A stretch of DNA of 64,000 nt from Octopus bimaculoides (taxonomy: Eukaryota), in contig NC_068998.1 in NCBI RefSeq assembly GCF_001194135.2, positions 436,456-500,455 on the forward strand. The letters run 5' to 3'. A program made the translations under genes and the position numbers. This document shows, piece after piece, positions 1 to 11,769 of this stretch (the first letter of the stretch is position 1; each line of letters opens with the position of its first letter). Under the pieces are notes generated by a model. The model was not told where the DNA came from and searched no databases. It saw nothing but the letters and a program-made list of their open reading frames with translations.

Positions 1-160
1 CTTGGATAATGCCACTGTAAATTCTCCCATTCCCCCTAAAAAAAAAGAGTTGCAGAAATTCTGTTGTTAAAAAACATTTTCATAGATTTGGGTAAAGAAC
101 CATTGTTGAAGAGATTACAACAGTTGTCAGTTCCAGTCAAATGTTACAATTAATTAGCTG

Positions 161-205
<45 letters not shown>

Positions 206-215
206 NNNNNNNNNN

Positions 216-257
<42 letters not shown>

Positions 258-1139
258 AATGCTTATACATATGAATATATGAGTATTTATGTATATATAT
301 GTGTGTGTGTGTGTGTGTGCATGTGTATTTATATACATATGTGTGTGTGTATGTGCAAGTCTATATGTGTATGAGAGTGATATTTACTTCTCATCAATAA
401 TTGATAGTTTTTCAGTGATTTTTCTCTCTCCAAATTCCTGGAGAAGGTTAAATACAGTGAAAGAAAACATTGAAACAAGGACATTTTCTCCAATACATTG
501 CCATTGATTACCCTTAATGTAATTATAGATTTGTGTGTGTGCATACATGGACGTGTGTTTTTATTCTCTTTTAATATCTTTTGTAAATATCTATTTTTCT
601 TCTTCTTTGTTTTTTGGAGGAGAAGCACATGCACACACACATGCACATGCACACACACACGCACATACACGTGCGCACGCACACACTCACACATTTTCCA
701 GTGCTTTGTCTACAGTTGTTTCAGCATCACCCATCTTATATCGTGTGGTCTTTTTATTAGGTCAGAGACTATTTTCTTCTCAGTGTAGAAAAGACGGACC
801 TATAAGGAATTCTGGAATTGGTTGGTTAGTAATTCTCTCAATTACTACGGATTTCATTGAAAATAGAAACATGCTCTTGTACGACCATCTGATACTTTAT
901 TCAAGCCTAGGCTATCTAGGACTACATTAGTCAATGTGTTCTTTCCTTTTTATAAGGAGTGTTCAGGGAGATTTGGTTACTGATTTTCCAACAGGTTGAC
1001 TTCTTGGGGTCTTTCTCTTGTTGGTTGTTACGAATAAAAGCTAGATGTGTTGGTGCGATGAAGTTAAGATTAATATCACAAGAACATCTTCTCAGACAAT
1101 GGCCTAATAAATGATGCCACCAGAAAGATTTGTTTCTCC

Positions 1140-1483
1140 ATTATCCCATTCTTCATTCTTACTTTCGATAAGCATGCAGTCTTCCACACTTATCAGTCCC
1201 CTTCCTCCATTTACTCTCTTCTTGTATAGACAATCAGTGTCTGCATGTGGATTATGGGCTTCAGGTATTGTTAGGGGCTTTCTTGACTTCCTGTCCGTCT
1301 CCTTTAGCCCCTGCTCCGTCCACTTCAGGATTCCAGTGCCATACCAATCTATTGTGACTGCATGCAAGTTTATTGCCGAAATTATGTTTCTGGTATTCAG
1401 CTTTGAAGCCAATATTTTTCTCACTCTCCACAAGTACTCTCACTTTGTCTTTTCCTTCATTTCCTGGTGTTTGATTTCATATT
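1140..1483 (-). mobile_element. Decayed R4/Dong-clade non-LTR retrotransposon, RT C-terminal fragment
   Basis: Minus strand reads YEIKHQEMKEKTK*EYLWRVRKILASKLNTRNIISAINLHAVTIDWYGTGILKWTEQGLKETDRKSRKPLTIPEAHNPHADTDCLYKKRVNGGRGLISVEDC. This matches the R4/Dong/Rex6 pattern (YxRRVRKILxSKLN..N.I.AIN..A..W...L..LDRK.RK..H P..D.DRLY..R..GGRGL) recalled from memory. Confidence 0.85.
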
Positions 1484-1505
1484 ATTATTATTATTATTAA
1501 TGTTG

Positions 1506-1735
1506 CAAGCTGGCAGAAGTGTTAGCATACTGGACAAAATGCATAGAGGCATTTCATCTGTCTTTATGTTCTGAGTTCCAATTCCACTGAGTTTGACTTT
1601 GTCTTTCATTCTTTCGGGGTCAATAAATTATGTACCAGTGAAACTCTGAGATCAATGTAATCGACTAATCACCTCCCCAAAATTTCAGGCCTTGTGTCTA
1701 TAGCCAAAAGAATTATTATTATTATTATTATTATG
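1506..1735 (+). mobile_element. tRNA-derived SINE, family A (local label), older copy with (ATT)n tail
   Basis: Aligns by eye to the intact copy at 43863-44097 (gctggcagaa...ctgagttc.aattcc...ctttcat.ctttcggggtc.ataaatta.gtaccag...gtaatcgact); ends in (ATT)n. Confidence 0.8.
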
Positions 1736-1736
1736 G

Positions 1737-1986
1737 AAGGTGGTGAACTGGAAGAATTGTTCGCAATCTGGGCAAAATGCTTTGTGCCACTTTATCAGTC
1801 TCTATATTGTTAGTTCAAATTCTGCCAAGGTCAACTTTTCCTTCCCTGCTTTTTGGGCCGATACAATAAGTACCAGTAAACTAATACCAGTTGAGTACTC
1901 AATGCCATTGGCTGGCCCCGCTCCTCCATAATTTCAGGTTTTGTGCCTAGAATAGATGTTATTATTATTATTATTATTATTATTAT
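1737..1986 (+). mobile_element. SINE family A, second head-to-tail copy with (ATT)n tail
   Basis: gaaggtggtgaactggaagaa...gggcaaaatgc...agttcaaattctgccaaggtcaac...ctcctccataatttcagg.ttgtgcctag, then (ATT)n; starts directly after the tail of the previous copy. Confidence 0.75.
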
Positions 1987-3099
1987 GTGTTTTTCTTTTT
2001 CCTTCAATTTATTATTATCATTATTATGATTTCAAAAGCTCAAGATATTTAAATTCCCACATGTCACACATTTCTTGCAATATAATATCAGTTAATTCCT
2101 TGCAGACATTTCTTTAGACTTCATAGTCTAAAAGGGGTGGGTGGGGTGTGGTGTTGCTATTTTGTGAGTTCTTTTATTAGAATACAAGCAAGCGAGAGTG
2201 GTTGTGAAGTTTCCAGAACTAAACACGTTGTTAACATATATTATTTCTGTGTATATATTAACCTAACATCATTAAGCATCAACCAATGATTCTACCAAGT
2301 TATTTAAAGGACCTGTTTCCAGCGCCAGCACCACAACCAGTCACACAACCATTTATTTTAGACAATTTTCTCTTCTTTTTCTATTGCTGTTCTCTTCCAT
2401 TTTTATTTTTCTCCATTCACTGAGTGATTGCAGTAAATTGCTGTATCATTTTTGGAAGCAAACAATCCATTTGTAGATCCAGTCACAATGCTGGATCAAT
2501 AATAAGTGACATTGTCAGCAACCTCTATCGTGATAAACTAGATTTATTTTAGGATGAACCAACAAGCTGAGGTCAGCAACACACTGCAGCTTTCAGTAAC
2601 TTCAAGACACACTCAAACTTATTCTTTGGTCATTTTTTTTTTATTGTTTTCTGGGTAATCTCCAGACCAACAGGTGTTTTTGAAGGCCAGCCACCTCACG
2701 ACTGGTCTCTTGATAAATTTATTATTAAACACAATCAGTTTTCTTATTAATTCTGTATTTCAATTATGGATTGGACAGACTTGTTAAGGGAGGACTCATC
2801 ACCACCAGAGTACAGTGTCTTTCATACACAGTTGTTGTTGTTGTTGTGTTTCATCAATGACATCAAGATCTGTGGAGGAATTTTATGTTAATTATTGTAA
2901 CTGGGAGTAACTATGTCTGTTGTTGTTGTTGGTGGTGGTGGTGGAATTACTAGTGGTGCTGTATTTGTTATTGGCAGCATTATTGATGATGATGATGATG
3001 ATGTTATTGCTGTTGTTTACTTCCTGTCAGCTTTATGACCTGGAGATCACAACTTCAGTGTTTAGGTTTTAAATCACATGAGCTATGTGAAATTGTACC

Positions 3100-3398
3100 A
3101 GTGATACGTGAGTGGCACCCATGCCAGTGACACATACAAGACAGCCAGTATACTCTGTGGAGTGGTTAGCATTTGACGGAAGCATCTCATCAAACTGTCC
3201 AACCCACGCCACCATGGGGCAGGGGCATATATTAGGATGATACTGATGGCGTTAGGAAGGGCATCCAGCTGTAGAAACTCTGGCAAATTTAGATTGGAGC
3301 CTGGTGTTGCCATCCAGTTTCACCAGTCCTCAGTCAAATCGTCCAACCCATGCTAGCATGGAAAGCGGACGTTAAACGATGGTGATGATGATGATGAT
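3100..3398 (+). mobile_element. SINE family B (RTE-type 3' end, (GAT)n tail): older copy plus a 5'-truncated younger copy
   Basis: 3247-3398 is nearly identical to 39373-39528 (ggcgttaggaagggcatccagctgtagaaactc...catggaaagcggacgttaaacgatg(atg)n). 3100-3245 is a more diverged copy that ends in ggatgatactgat. Confidence 0.85.
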
Positions 3399-3754
3399 AT
3401 ATATACATATACAGAGAGAGAGAGAGAGACAAAGAGAATAGATAGATAAGAATTTTTCTTTTACAAAATAGTATTGAAAGTGACTTAGAAGTTTTGGCTA
3501 GCTAAGCTGTTGTCTGATGATGCCTTACTGATACTTCAAAGTCACTGACAGTATTATTCCTGTTAAAGAATAATAAATTTGTACTTGACAAAAAGTATTG
3601 AGCAATCCTTGAATTTAATGTAAAATTGTTTTTATTATAACTTAACATAAAAATAAACAAAACACACACACACACTCACTCATACACATATCCATACATG
3701 CTTGTATATGTAGTTTATATATGTGTGTGTGCACGTGCACATTTTATATATGTC

Positions 3755-3811
<57 letters not shown>

Positions 3812-4379
3812 GTATATATTCATGTATTTAAAAATATATTAGGTTCATTAATATATTTTAACTATTCATGTTTTGTTTTATAGAAATGTTATGAATATTT
3901 TCCAGTTAAAATACTTTTGCTCTTGACTAACTCATAGAATATTAAAAAGGTCACCTTATATATTTGTTTTTTTTTTTTGTCTCATTATTGTAATCAAGTA
4001 ATATCACATTGTTAATGAGATTATGAAAGAACAGAAAAAAAATCATCTTTATTATTATTTTGCATTGATTTGTTGAATTCTTGGAATATTTTGCTTCTGT
4101 AAAATGGCCGCCTGTTGCATAACAAGCACTTCAAATGTCTGCTAGGAAATTATTTGTTGCTCGTTTCTCATTATTATCTCATTATCAAAACATGATTTTA
4201 TCGAAATCCAATAACAAAAGAACTGTAAATGTTTTTCCCGCCTTCTCATATCTTAATCTTCAGTATTTCATTTAGGAATTACATATTAACAAATGTTCAC
4301 TGCAGGATGAAAAATTTGGGTTTACCAATAAGAGATCAGCTCTGTGGCCTTACAGTAGCTTTTAGCAGATCCAGAACAT

Positions 4380-4540
4380 GTTGCAAAACTCTTGTCCACA
4401 GATATGACTGTGTAAGAACTTCACATCATAACCATAAAGTTTCAGCTTCTATCCCTTGGCACAGTATCACGGTTAACTAGATTCTATTTCAACCTCAGGC
4501 TGACTAATGCATTTTGTGGGAAATTCCATGCAATCCATGA
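4380..4540 (+). mobile_element. SINE family D, strongly degenerate
   Basis: gatatgactgtgtaagaacttcacatcataaccataaagtttcagcttctatccc...cctcaggctgactaatgc resembles the better-preserved D copies at 8866 and 52815. Confidence 0.4.
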
Positions 4541-4639
4541 ACTTTTACACTGAATTCTGTGGTTAGAGTTGGTTTAATTTTTCTCTTTGGAGTCCAAATT
4601 TAAAAATTTTTGGTTGACTTTTACTTGATATTGTAAAGC

Positions 4640-5150
4640 AAGAGGATACCAATTGTTATTATAGTTTTACTACTTTTGTTTCATCATGGCCTTCCACCTG
4701 TATTTTCTGCCAATATGTGGTCCCTATCAAAAAAGCTCATTTTGTATTTTCTTGGGACACTTGGTGGCTGTGCACCTGAATAATATGAGATTGGTTGACC
4801 ATTGACTTTATAAGTTGCTATAATTGTGCAGATGTCCAGTCAATGGCACTTGCCAACCAATTCTTGAAGAAGATCTCTCTGTTTTACTCCACTTTTTAAT
4901 GCTTGTAGAGTTTGGTCTCCTGTGAGTTTTGATGTTGTTGGTCCTCAAACAGCATTTAGCAAAAGTAATCAAAAAATGATCAGAAAGTCTTGTTCGGGAA
5001 GGAACAGAAGTTGTATAACAGTGACTGAAGGCTGTGCTTAGCCATTGATTTTTGTCTTATTTGGTTCTATGAGTGATCCAAATAAGATATTTGTGATGGA
5101 GGTCATGTTCCTGACAACTTTGGTACTTCTCTCTATTTTTCTCTCTCTCT
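4640..5150 (-). mobile_element. Possible decayed mariner/Tc1 transposase remnant
   Basis: Across frameshifts the minus strand gives WITHRTK*DKNQW (cf. WIxHYxPExKxQSxQW) and, further on, RDLLQEL(G)WQVP (cf. TxxLLQELGWEVLPHPPYSPD), in the expected order. Many stops; no TIR found. Confidence 0.35.
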
Positions 5151-5944
5151 CTCTTCCANNNNNNNNNNNNNNNNNNNNNNNNNNNNNNNNNNNNNNNNNN
5201 NNNNNNNNNNNNNNNNNNNNNNNNNNNNNNNNNNNNNNNNNNNNNNNNNNNNNNNNNNNNNNNNNNNNNNNNNNNNNNNNNNNNNNNNNNNNNNNNNNNN
5301 NNNNNNNNNNNNNNNNAGAGAGAGAGAGAGAGAGAGAGAGATACTCTAAGATAAACACATTTGCCTATTTAAGCATAAATTGAAAGTAAATATGAAGAAT
5401 TGTAGTTAAATATCTTGGCATTGGTAATTTAGGATTTGTTAATTAAATTAAATCATCGACAATCTAGGTCAGTTAATTCAATGAATTTGTCTTTCTATGT
5501 TGAAATTTAGAATTTCTAGAAGTCTTCCAACTCTGTCAGCAGGAATGATTTCATGGCTGCTACTTTCTCAATTGAATTTCTACATCACTGACGGAAATTT
5601 TCTAATACATTTTCCATGTAAAATATATAATAACTGCCCCACTCCTCCTCCTCCTCTCGTGTTGTTTCTTAATTATGGTGTGAGAAATAAAGCTACAGTT
5701 GTATTTTCGTAATTCTAATTATATCTTACCTTTATTAGCTTAGCAATTAATTATGCACCTGAGAAACCTGTTGCAGCTTCCTACCTTGCTATACCGTCAT
5801 TTAATTCAACAGAAACTGGCAACTCTGTCACCTTTCTCCAGATGTTTTCAAGGAACTGAAGAAACTATGGTCATTTAGATGCCACTCGGCTGATCACAAT
5901 AGTCTTGCAGAGGATCCATGACAAAATCTGATCTTTACACACAT

Positions 5945-6060
<116 letters not shown>

Positions 6061-7326
6061 TTTCTACATGTAAATTTACCATTGACTATGTGTGTTCATT
6101 GATGTTAATTACTAACAATATGCATCCCTTCCTGCATGCAGATAGTAAGTAATTATCTTCTACGTCTTTTATAGCTTCGTGATTTCCTTTCAGGTTGTCT
6201 GTAATTAAAAACCCAGTAATTAGGAGTTCAAATAATAACTGACATGCATATAATAGCTTTTATACACATACATGCACAAACACACAAGCTGAGAGAATTA
6301 ATAATAAATGGAGCTTGTACCAGTGCTACACTGGGATCCAGGCAAAGGCATGTAAATGCAATGGAGAAGTATTGTTCATTACAATAACCTGTGGTCATGT
6401 AAAAAAAAATTGGATATGAAAACCATTGGTTTGTAGCAGTGAACTCCAATCGTCCATTGGGTGTGAAGGATTGAAAAACTTGATTCCATCGATACTAAAC
6501 TTGCAGTCATAATCCAATATTCCTTGCTATGTGTATTGATCAATAATTGAGAAGCTGCTACGATTGCCTTACCATGACCTTCTTCTACTATCGTTCCTTG
6601 TATTCTCTCCACCATTCTCTCTGCTAGAATTGTAACGTACTGCAGAACAATCTCTTATCGAACATCTTCAACCAACCCTAATTTCCCTTTATTTATCTTC
6701 TTACATTTTCAACATCAAAGCGGTTTGCATTACAGAGTCTGAGGTAATGACAGGGTTCCAGGATCAAACCTAGCTTTATAATTAATTCATTAGTTAATCT
6801 CATGAGTTCTCTTTAAACTGTTTATTAATGAAGTATAATAAAGCATACTCCTATTTTTGATAATGAGACAAAAGGAAAATACTCCTTTTTTTGTGTGCCA
6901 ATGGGATCAGCTGTACAACAGTATTAATGACTATCAGTCATGTGACTGCATCTTCATATCTGGACCCACAATAATTAATTCTTCTTAACGACTCTTGTCA
7001 CAAATATAAACCATCCGGCCAACTACAAAATAAATTTCAACTTCTTTTGTTTTAGACCGTTATTTCTCTCCCTTCCTGTAGCTAAAAAATGGTTCTGAAT
7101 CAGACAAATCCACTGCTAATTCTTAGACTAACTTTACAAAAAAGGTCATTGATCGATCCATTCTTAACAATGGCTTTGCCATCTTGTGTATATTTACTTC
7201 ACTCACTTCTAATGCCAAACAACTGAAATAAAATGTCAAACCTTGCTCCAAAATCTTTTTTTCTTCTTTTTTCTGAAAACTCAAAACTATTAAAAGTTTT
7301 TGGTGAAACTCAGTGAAAATGTCTGA

Positions 7327-7366
<40 letters not shown>

Positions 7367-7859
7367 GTCTTCGAGTTAGAAATAGAAAACAGAAAATAAA
7401 TATTGACAATGTTGCCGAAGGAAATCATGGAACATCTCTTTCAGGTAAATTCTTGCAATTGTTTAGATAGAGCCTAAAGAGAAGAACAAGGAGGGACAGG
7501 GCCCATGGTTTTTGCTTTTAAAATTGATGAATTATGTGTCTAGCCTCAGTGGTCAGTAATGCCCAATGTTTGCAAGAAAAATTACTCTCAGCTGTTTAAT
7601 ATTAGAGATTGTAGTGTTATAGTGACAGCTGAGTCAGTTAAGGTCAGGTGGATACATGGCCAGCCTGAGTGCTAGGTCAATGACCATTTCCATCTGCATT
7701 TCCTGGATGGCAGTAACTATGACAGGACATTCCTGAAAACCATTGCTTTAACTTGGCACACATATGCTGTGTATATCATGAATACACATGTAAATAGTAT
7801 ATATGCATGAATATCTACGCACACATGCATGCACACACACACACACACACACATCAACA

Positions 7860-7990
7860 TAAACATTGACCATGTGGTTTCAATCCTACTGCAAAGCACA
7901 GGCAAGTTTCCTCTACTTTTTGACTGACTAATGCCTGATGACTAATGCCTGATGAGTGAAATTGATATATGGAGACTGTGGAAGCCTACC
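7860..7990 (+). mobile_element. SINE family D, degenerate, with an internal 14-bp tandem duplication
   Basis: gaccatgtggtttcaatcctactgc...ggcaagtttcctctac...(tgactaatgcctga)x2...gagtgaaattg...ggagactgtggaagcc. Confidence 0.5.
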
Positions 7991-8654
7991 CATTCAACTC
8001 CAGATTTTTCAACTCTCATCTAGATAAAAGGCATAAATTTTGTGTAAAGATATTGTTTCTGATGGTTCTATGAAACAAGATGAAAACACTAAATAAAAAA
8101 TTATCCAAAATTCTCACTACCCCTTTTTTCTTAATATATAAAATCTATACACCACTTCAAACAACCTACGCATACATATGTACATACATGCATACATACA
8201 TTTGTGTATCATAAATAATGTTAATACATTGAGATAGGCAAATATACTGCAGCATTTGTCAGGAGATAATATCTCATATGGAGTGCTGTGTTTAAAAACG
8301 AAATATATCAAGGTTCTGCAAAGATCATATTAGCAGAGGCTGGTGAGAATGCTAGATGCATTTATGCCTCATTGGGCTTTGTCAGTGGCATGCACTTACA
8401 CCCAACCACATGGCAAGAAAATGTGTGCCACCACCAGTATAGGAAAACAGGGAACAAGCATTCACTGATGTTGTATATAGTCTCCCAGTTGAATAAAATC
8501 CATTATATGCAAAAGAAGCAGTATTAGATTAAAACAGTCATTTGTGTATCATACATAATGTAGATACATAGCAAAAAGTAAATTTGTAACTGAGATGATT
8601 ATCAGCTACCTCTGGTATATGTTGTGCTTTTAAACACAGTAAGTCCATAAGAGA

Positions 8655-8770
8655 TCTAGGATGAATACCACATCCACTTTTTCCGATGCTTGCAATGGCT
8701 GGACAAAGTTTATTGAGGAAGATTTTCTATGGCTGAATGCCCTACCTGTTGGCATGTTTTGCACCATAAC
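8655..8770 (-). mobile_element. SINE family B, old fragment
   Basis: ccactttttccgatgcttgcaatggctggac...gattttctatggctgaatgccctacctg is a diverged reverse complement of the B tail. Confidence 0.45.
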
Positions 8771-8865
8771 ATTGGAAACTAAACATGATATCTGTATGAA
8801 AGTGACAGTCATTTACAATTACCACACAAGCGTATACATATTCTCACACATATACACATATATAT

Positions 8866-9010
8866 GATGGGCTTCTTTCTACTGGTTCCATTCACAAGGC
8901 TGTGGTTGGCCAAGGGCTATAATAGAAAACACTTGCCCCAGGTGCCACCCTTTGGGACTGAACCGGAAATCATGTCGTTGGGAAACATTCTTCTTAGTCA
9001 CACAGCCATG
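8866..9010 (-). mobile_element. tRNA-derived SINE family D
   Basis: Reverse complement: catggctgtgtgactaagaag...ccggttcagtccc...ggcacctggggcaagtgttttctattatagccc...agccttgtgaatgg...gaaagaagccc. It has Pol III A-box-like (tggctgtgtg) and B-box-like (ggttcagtccc) motifs; homologous copies at 52815, 55381 and 56641. Confidence 0.8.
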
Positions 9011-9324
9011 AAAAACACTTATTTTTTGATATACAATATTTGAGTAAATAAAATATCTCTACTTAGTTCTTCATGTGTGTGTGTGTGTGTGTGAAAAATA
9101 TCTTTGATTCTGTATACGTATATGTATTTGTATCTATACGTCATTACTGCTGTGCAGACAAGTGTGTGTGTGCTACTGCGTGTTTGTGTGTGTGTGCATG
9201 TGTAAGGTTGCAGCAACTACTGCAGCTGCAGTTTTAGTGGCAGAAAATGACAAACAGTCGTAGAGAGTGGAATCAGTTGCCGGTTCTACTGCAGAGATCT
9301 GTTTGCTGAAGAATGGCATTTCAA

Positions 9325-9700
9325 ACACACACACACAGACACGCACACCCATAGCTATAGTTACATATATACATACACAGACTCACACACCCATAACTAT
9401 ACTTGTATATAGACATATACAGACTCACACACATGCACATATACATATACAGATTCATACACACACCCATAACTATAGTTGTATATATATATATATATAT
9501 ACATATATATACATACACAGACTACACACATACACACACATATACACCCACACACCCATAACTATAGTTATATACATATATATATACATACACAGACTAC
9601 ACACATATACACCCACACACCCATAACTATAGTTATATACATATATATACACATACACAGACTCACACACACACACACACACACATACATACATACACAC
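9325..9700. repeat. Compound minisatellite: cccata(a/g)ctata(g/c)tt anchors separated by variable CA/TA tracts
   Basis: Anchors at 9348, 9390, 9466, 9555 and 9620. Confidence 0.85.
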
Positions 9701-9982
9701 ACCACTACCACCACCATTATGTGTAGCCGAGTAAGCCTAACTGTAATAATAATGTAGGAATAACATTGATAAATTCGATTGCTGTTACTGACATAGTAAC
9801 ACTGTTATTAGGGGTTGTCGACCTATTGACTAACTGTGAGGGATCTCTAGGTCTTCAGCTCACTGTACTCTTCCACGGGGGTTCACTGATTTATTAACTT
9901 TGTGAAAGGGTTCTATACTGCTCACCATATTATTTTTAAGAGTTATTGATCTATCTGGAGGGATTCTAAGTGTCTACTAACC

Positions 9983-10130
9983 ATCATCATCATCGTCATC
10001 ATCATCGTTTTAATATCTACATTTCCATGCTTGTATGGATCAGATAGAATTTATTGAGACAGATTTTCTACCACAAGATGTCCTTTTCCTGCCATTCAAC
10101 CTTCCTTGGCCAGACACATTTAATGAACGA
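9983..10130 (-). mobile_element. SINE family B, older copy
   Basis: (cat)n cgttttaatatctacatttccatgcttgtatggatcag...gattttctaccacaagatgtccttttcctgcc is a diverged reverse complement of the B 3' end. Confidence 0.65.
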
Positions 10131-10499
10131 CACTGCTTGTATGACAGTGAAACTCACTTCCAACAGTTACATTATGTCTGGATAAGAAGACTGAAACATG
10201 CCCCCCACCCACCCACAAATGACAGGCTTCTTTCAGTTTCTAACTTTCAGACCCACTTAAAGGCTTTGGTCAAACCAGATTTATAGGGGAAAAAAACCCC
10301 ACTTGGCCCAAGTGTGACTGAACATGAAACCATTGGTCAGGAAATAAACTTCCCAGCTTGCCCACCTCTGGACTTTTATTGGTCTATTTTTATTAGGGAT
10401 TCGTTGATTAACTGGCTGTAGGGTATCTCTAAATACTCCATGATCATAATGCCTAAAGAGGAAGATAACCAAGTTGGATGAGATGCCTTTCAGAGTCCA

Positions 10500-11620
10500 T
10501 CAAAACAAGGTACATCTGATGGCCCCCTTCTAAAATTGGAAATTGCAGAGATTCTCAGTTGAGTGTATACTTCTACACTTTGTATTCCTGAAGTTGGAAA
10601 AGGAAAGCCTGCAACAGGGAATCCAACTCCAAAGTCTGTTTCTTTAAGAAAACTAGGTGCCAATGAACGGCTTGAGTAAATCCTACAAGTCATATAGAGA
10701 AAGTTGTCAGCAAGTTGAGGAATGTAGGTAGGGTTAAGGTGAGGGGTCATTCCTCAGCCCTCTCTTCTTGTTTATGATAAGTGATAAGAGGTGATCAGTC
10801 AATCAACAGAACTTTTGTTTGCTGTTCAATAAATTCTCATGTTCAACTTGTCAGCAAAGGTTCCAACTAAAAGACATCAAAGTAAACCTGGCAGGCAAAC
10901 AGAATTGTGTTGAAGTCTAGGAAATAGGTGTGAAGAATTTGTAGAAGAAGAGGAGCTAAGCACTTTGGGAAATGTAAAGTATGGATGTTCAGAAGAGTCG
11001 CAGTGAGGTTACAGGTTAGCCAACAGGGAAGGACATCATATGCAACTGATGCAAAGAATTTGTCTGGAGTAAGAAACCGAGGAAAGAAATTCTTTGTCTA
11101 GAGGGTGTCCTAGTTGATAGGTTCTGTTAGTTTGGGGGCCTGATTAGCTGTGGAGGGTAAGACATAATTTAGAGAGAAAAATAGAGATAATAACTCTGGT
11201 ATGGACTTGTAATATATATGGAGGACGATTTTTTGTTGAAACAATACCAAACAATGCAATTAACCTATAGAAGAGGAACTCACCATGTTTTTCATCTGAT
11301 GGGAAGACATGAGAAGTATTGTCGGAATTCGATCTCAGAGAAAGATTTTTGGTTCAATAGATGTCACTTTCAATCCAGTTATTTTGTCTTGCACCAAGCG
11401 AAAGTATAAAACTTGGCTTGCCCTAGTTCACCTGGTTGAACACAGGTCCCAATTGTGCAATGTTAGAACCACTGCACATATGCTGCTGGCACAAGACATA
11501 ACTGTCAGAAGCAGAACACAAAGAATGGTTTCTTGATTTCTGGTTTATTCTGGTATCTCTAAATCTTGGCTGTCTGTCTTGTGCAATTCCTCATTTCTGC
11601 AACCCCGTCACAAACACACT
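10500..11620 (-). mobile_element. Probable highly decayed Penelope-like element (RT region)
   Basis: Minus strand around 11030-11300 gives LFYRLIALFGIVS...SIFLSK...PQTNRTYQLGHPLDKEFLSSVSYSRQILCISCI, resembling PLE RT (YxRYIDDIFxxW...FLD...KPTDxxxYL...SxHP....IPYSQFLRIRRICS) with Arg-to-Cys changes expected from CpG decay. Boundaries are approximate. Confidence 0.4.
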
Positions 11621-11769
11621 CTCAGATCGGAACTGACAGGGACTGACAGATTCTTCATCTCTTCTGACATTTGATGATTTGAGAGGAAATAATCACTAGG
11701 GTCTTAACGAGTTTAAAGACAAAAAATGGATGTTTAAGTTGATGAATGTCTTGACAGTAATGAGGACGA

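Noticed and set aside
4101-4112. YY1/PHO-like AAAATGGCCGCC
   Set aside because: A single short motif; AAAATGGC recurs several times at apparent chance level.
9815-9865. Minus-strand CTGAAGACCTA...TAGGTCGACA resembling the 36.3 kb motif
   Set aside because: Wrong register after CUGANGA, GACA instead of GAAA, and no stem I.
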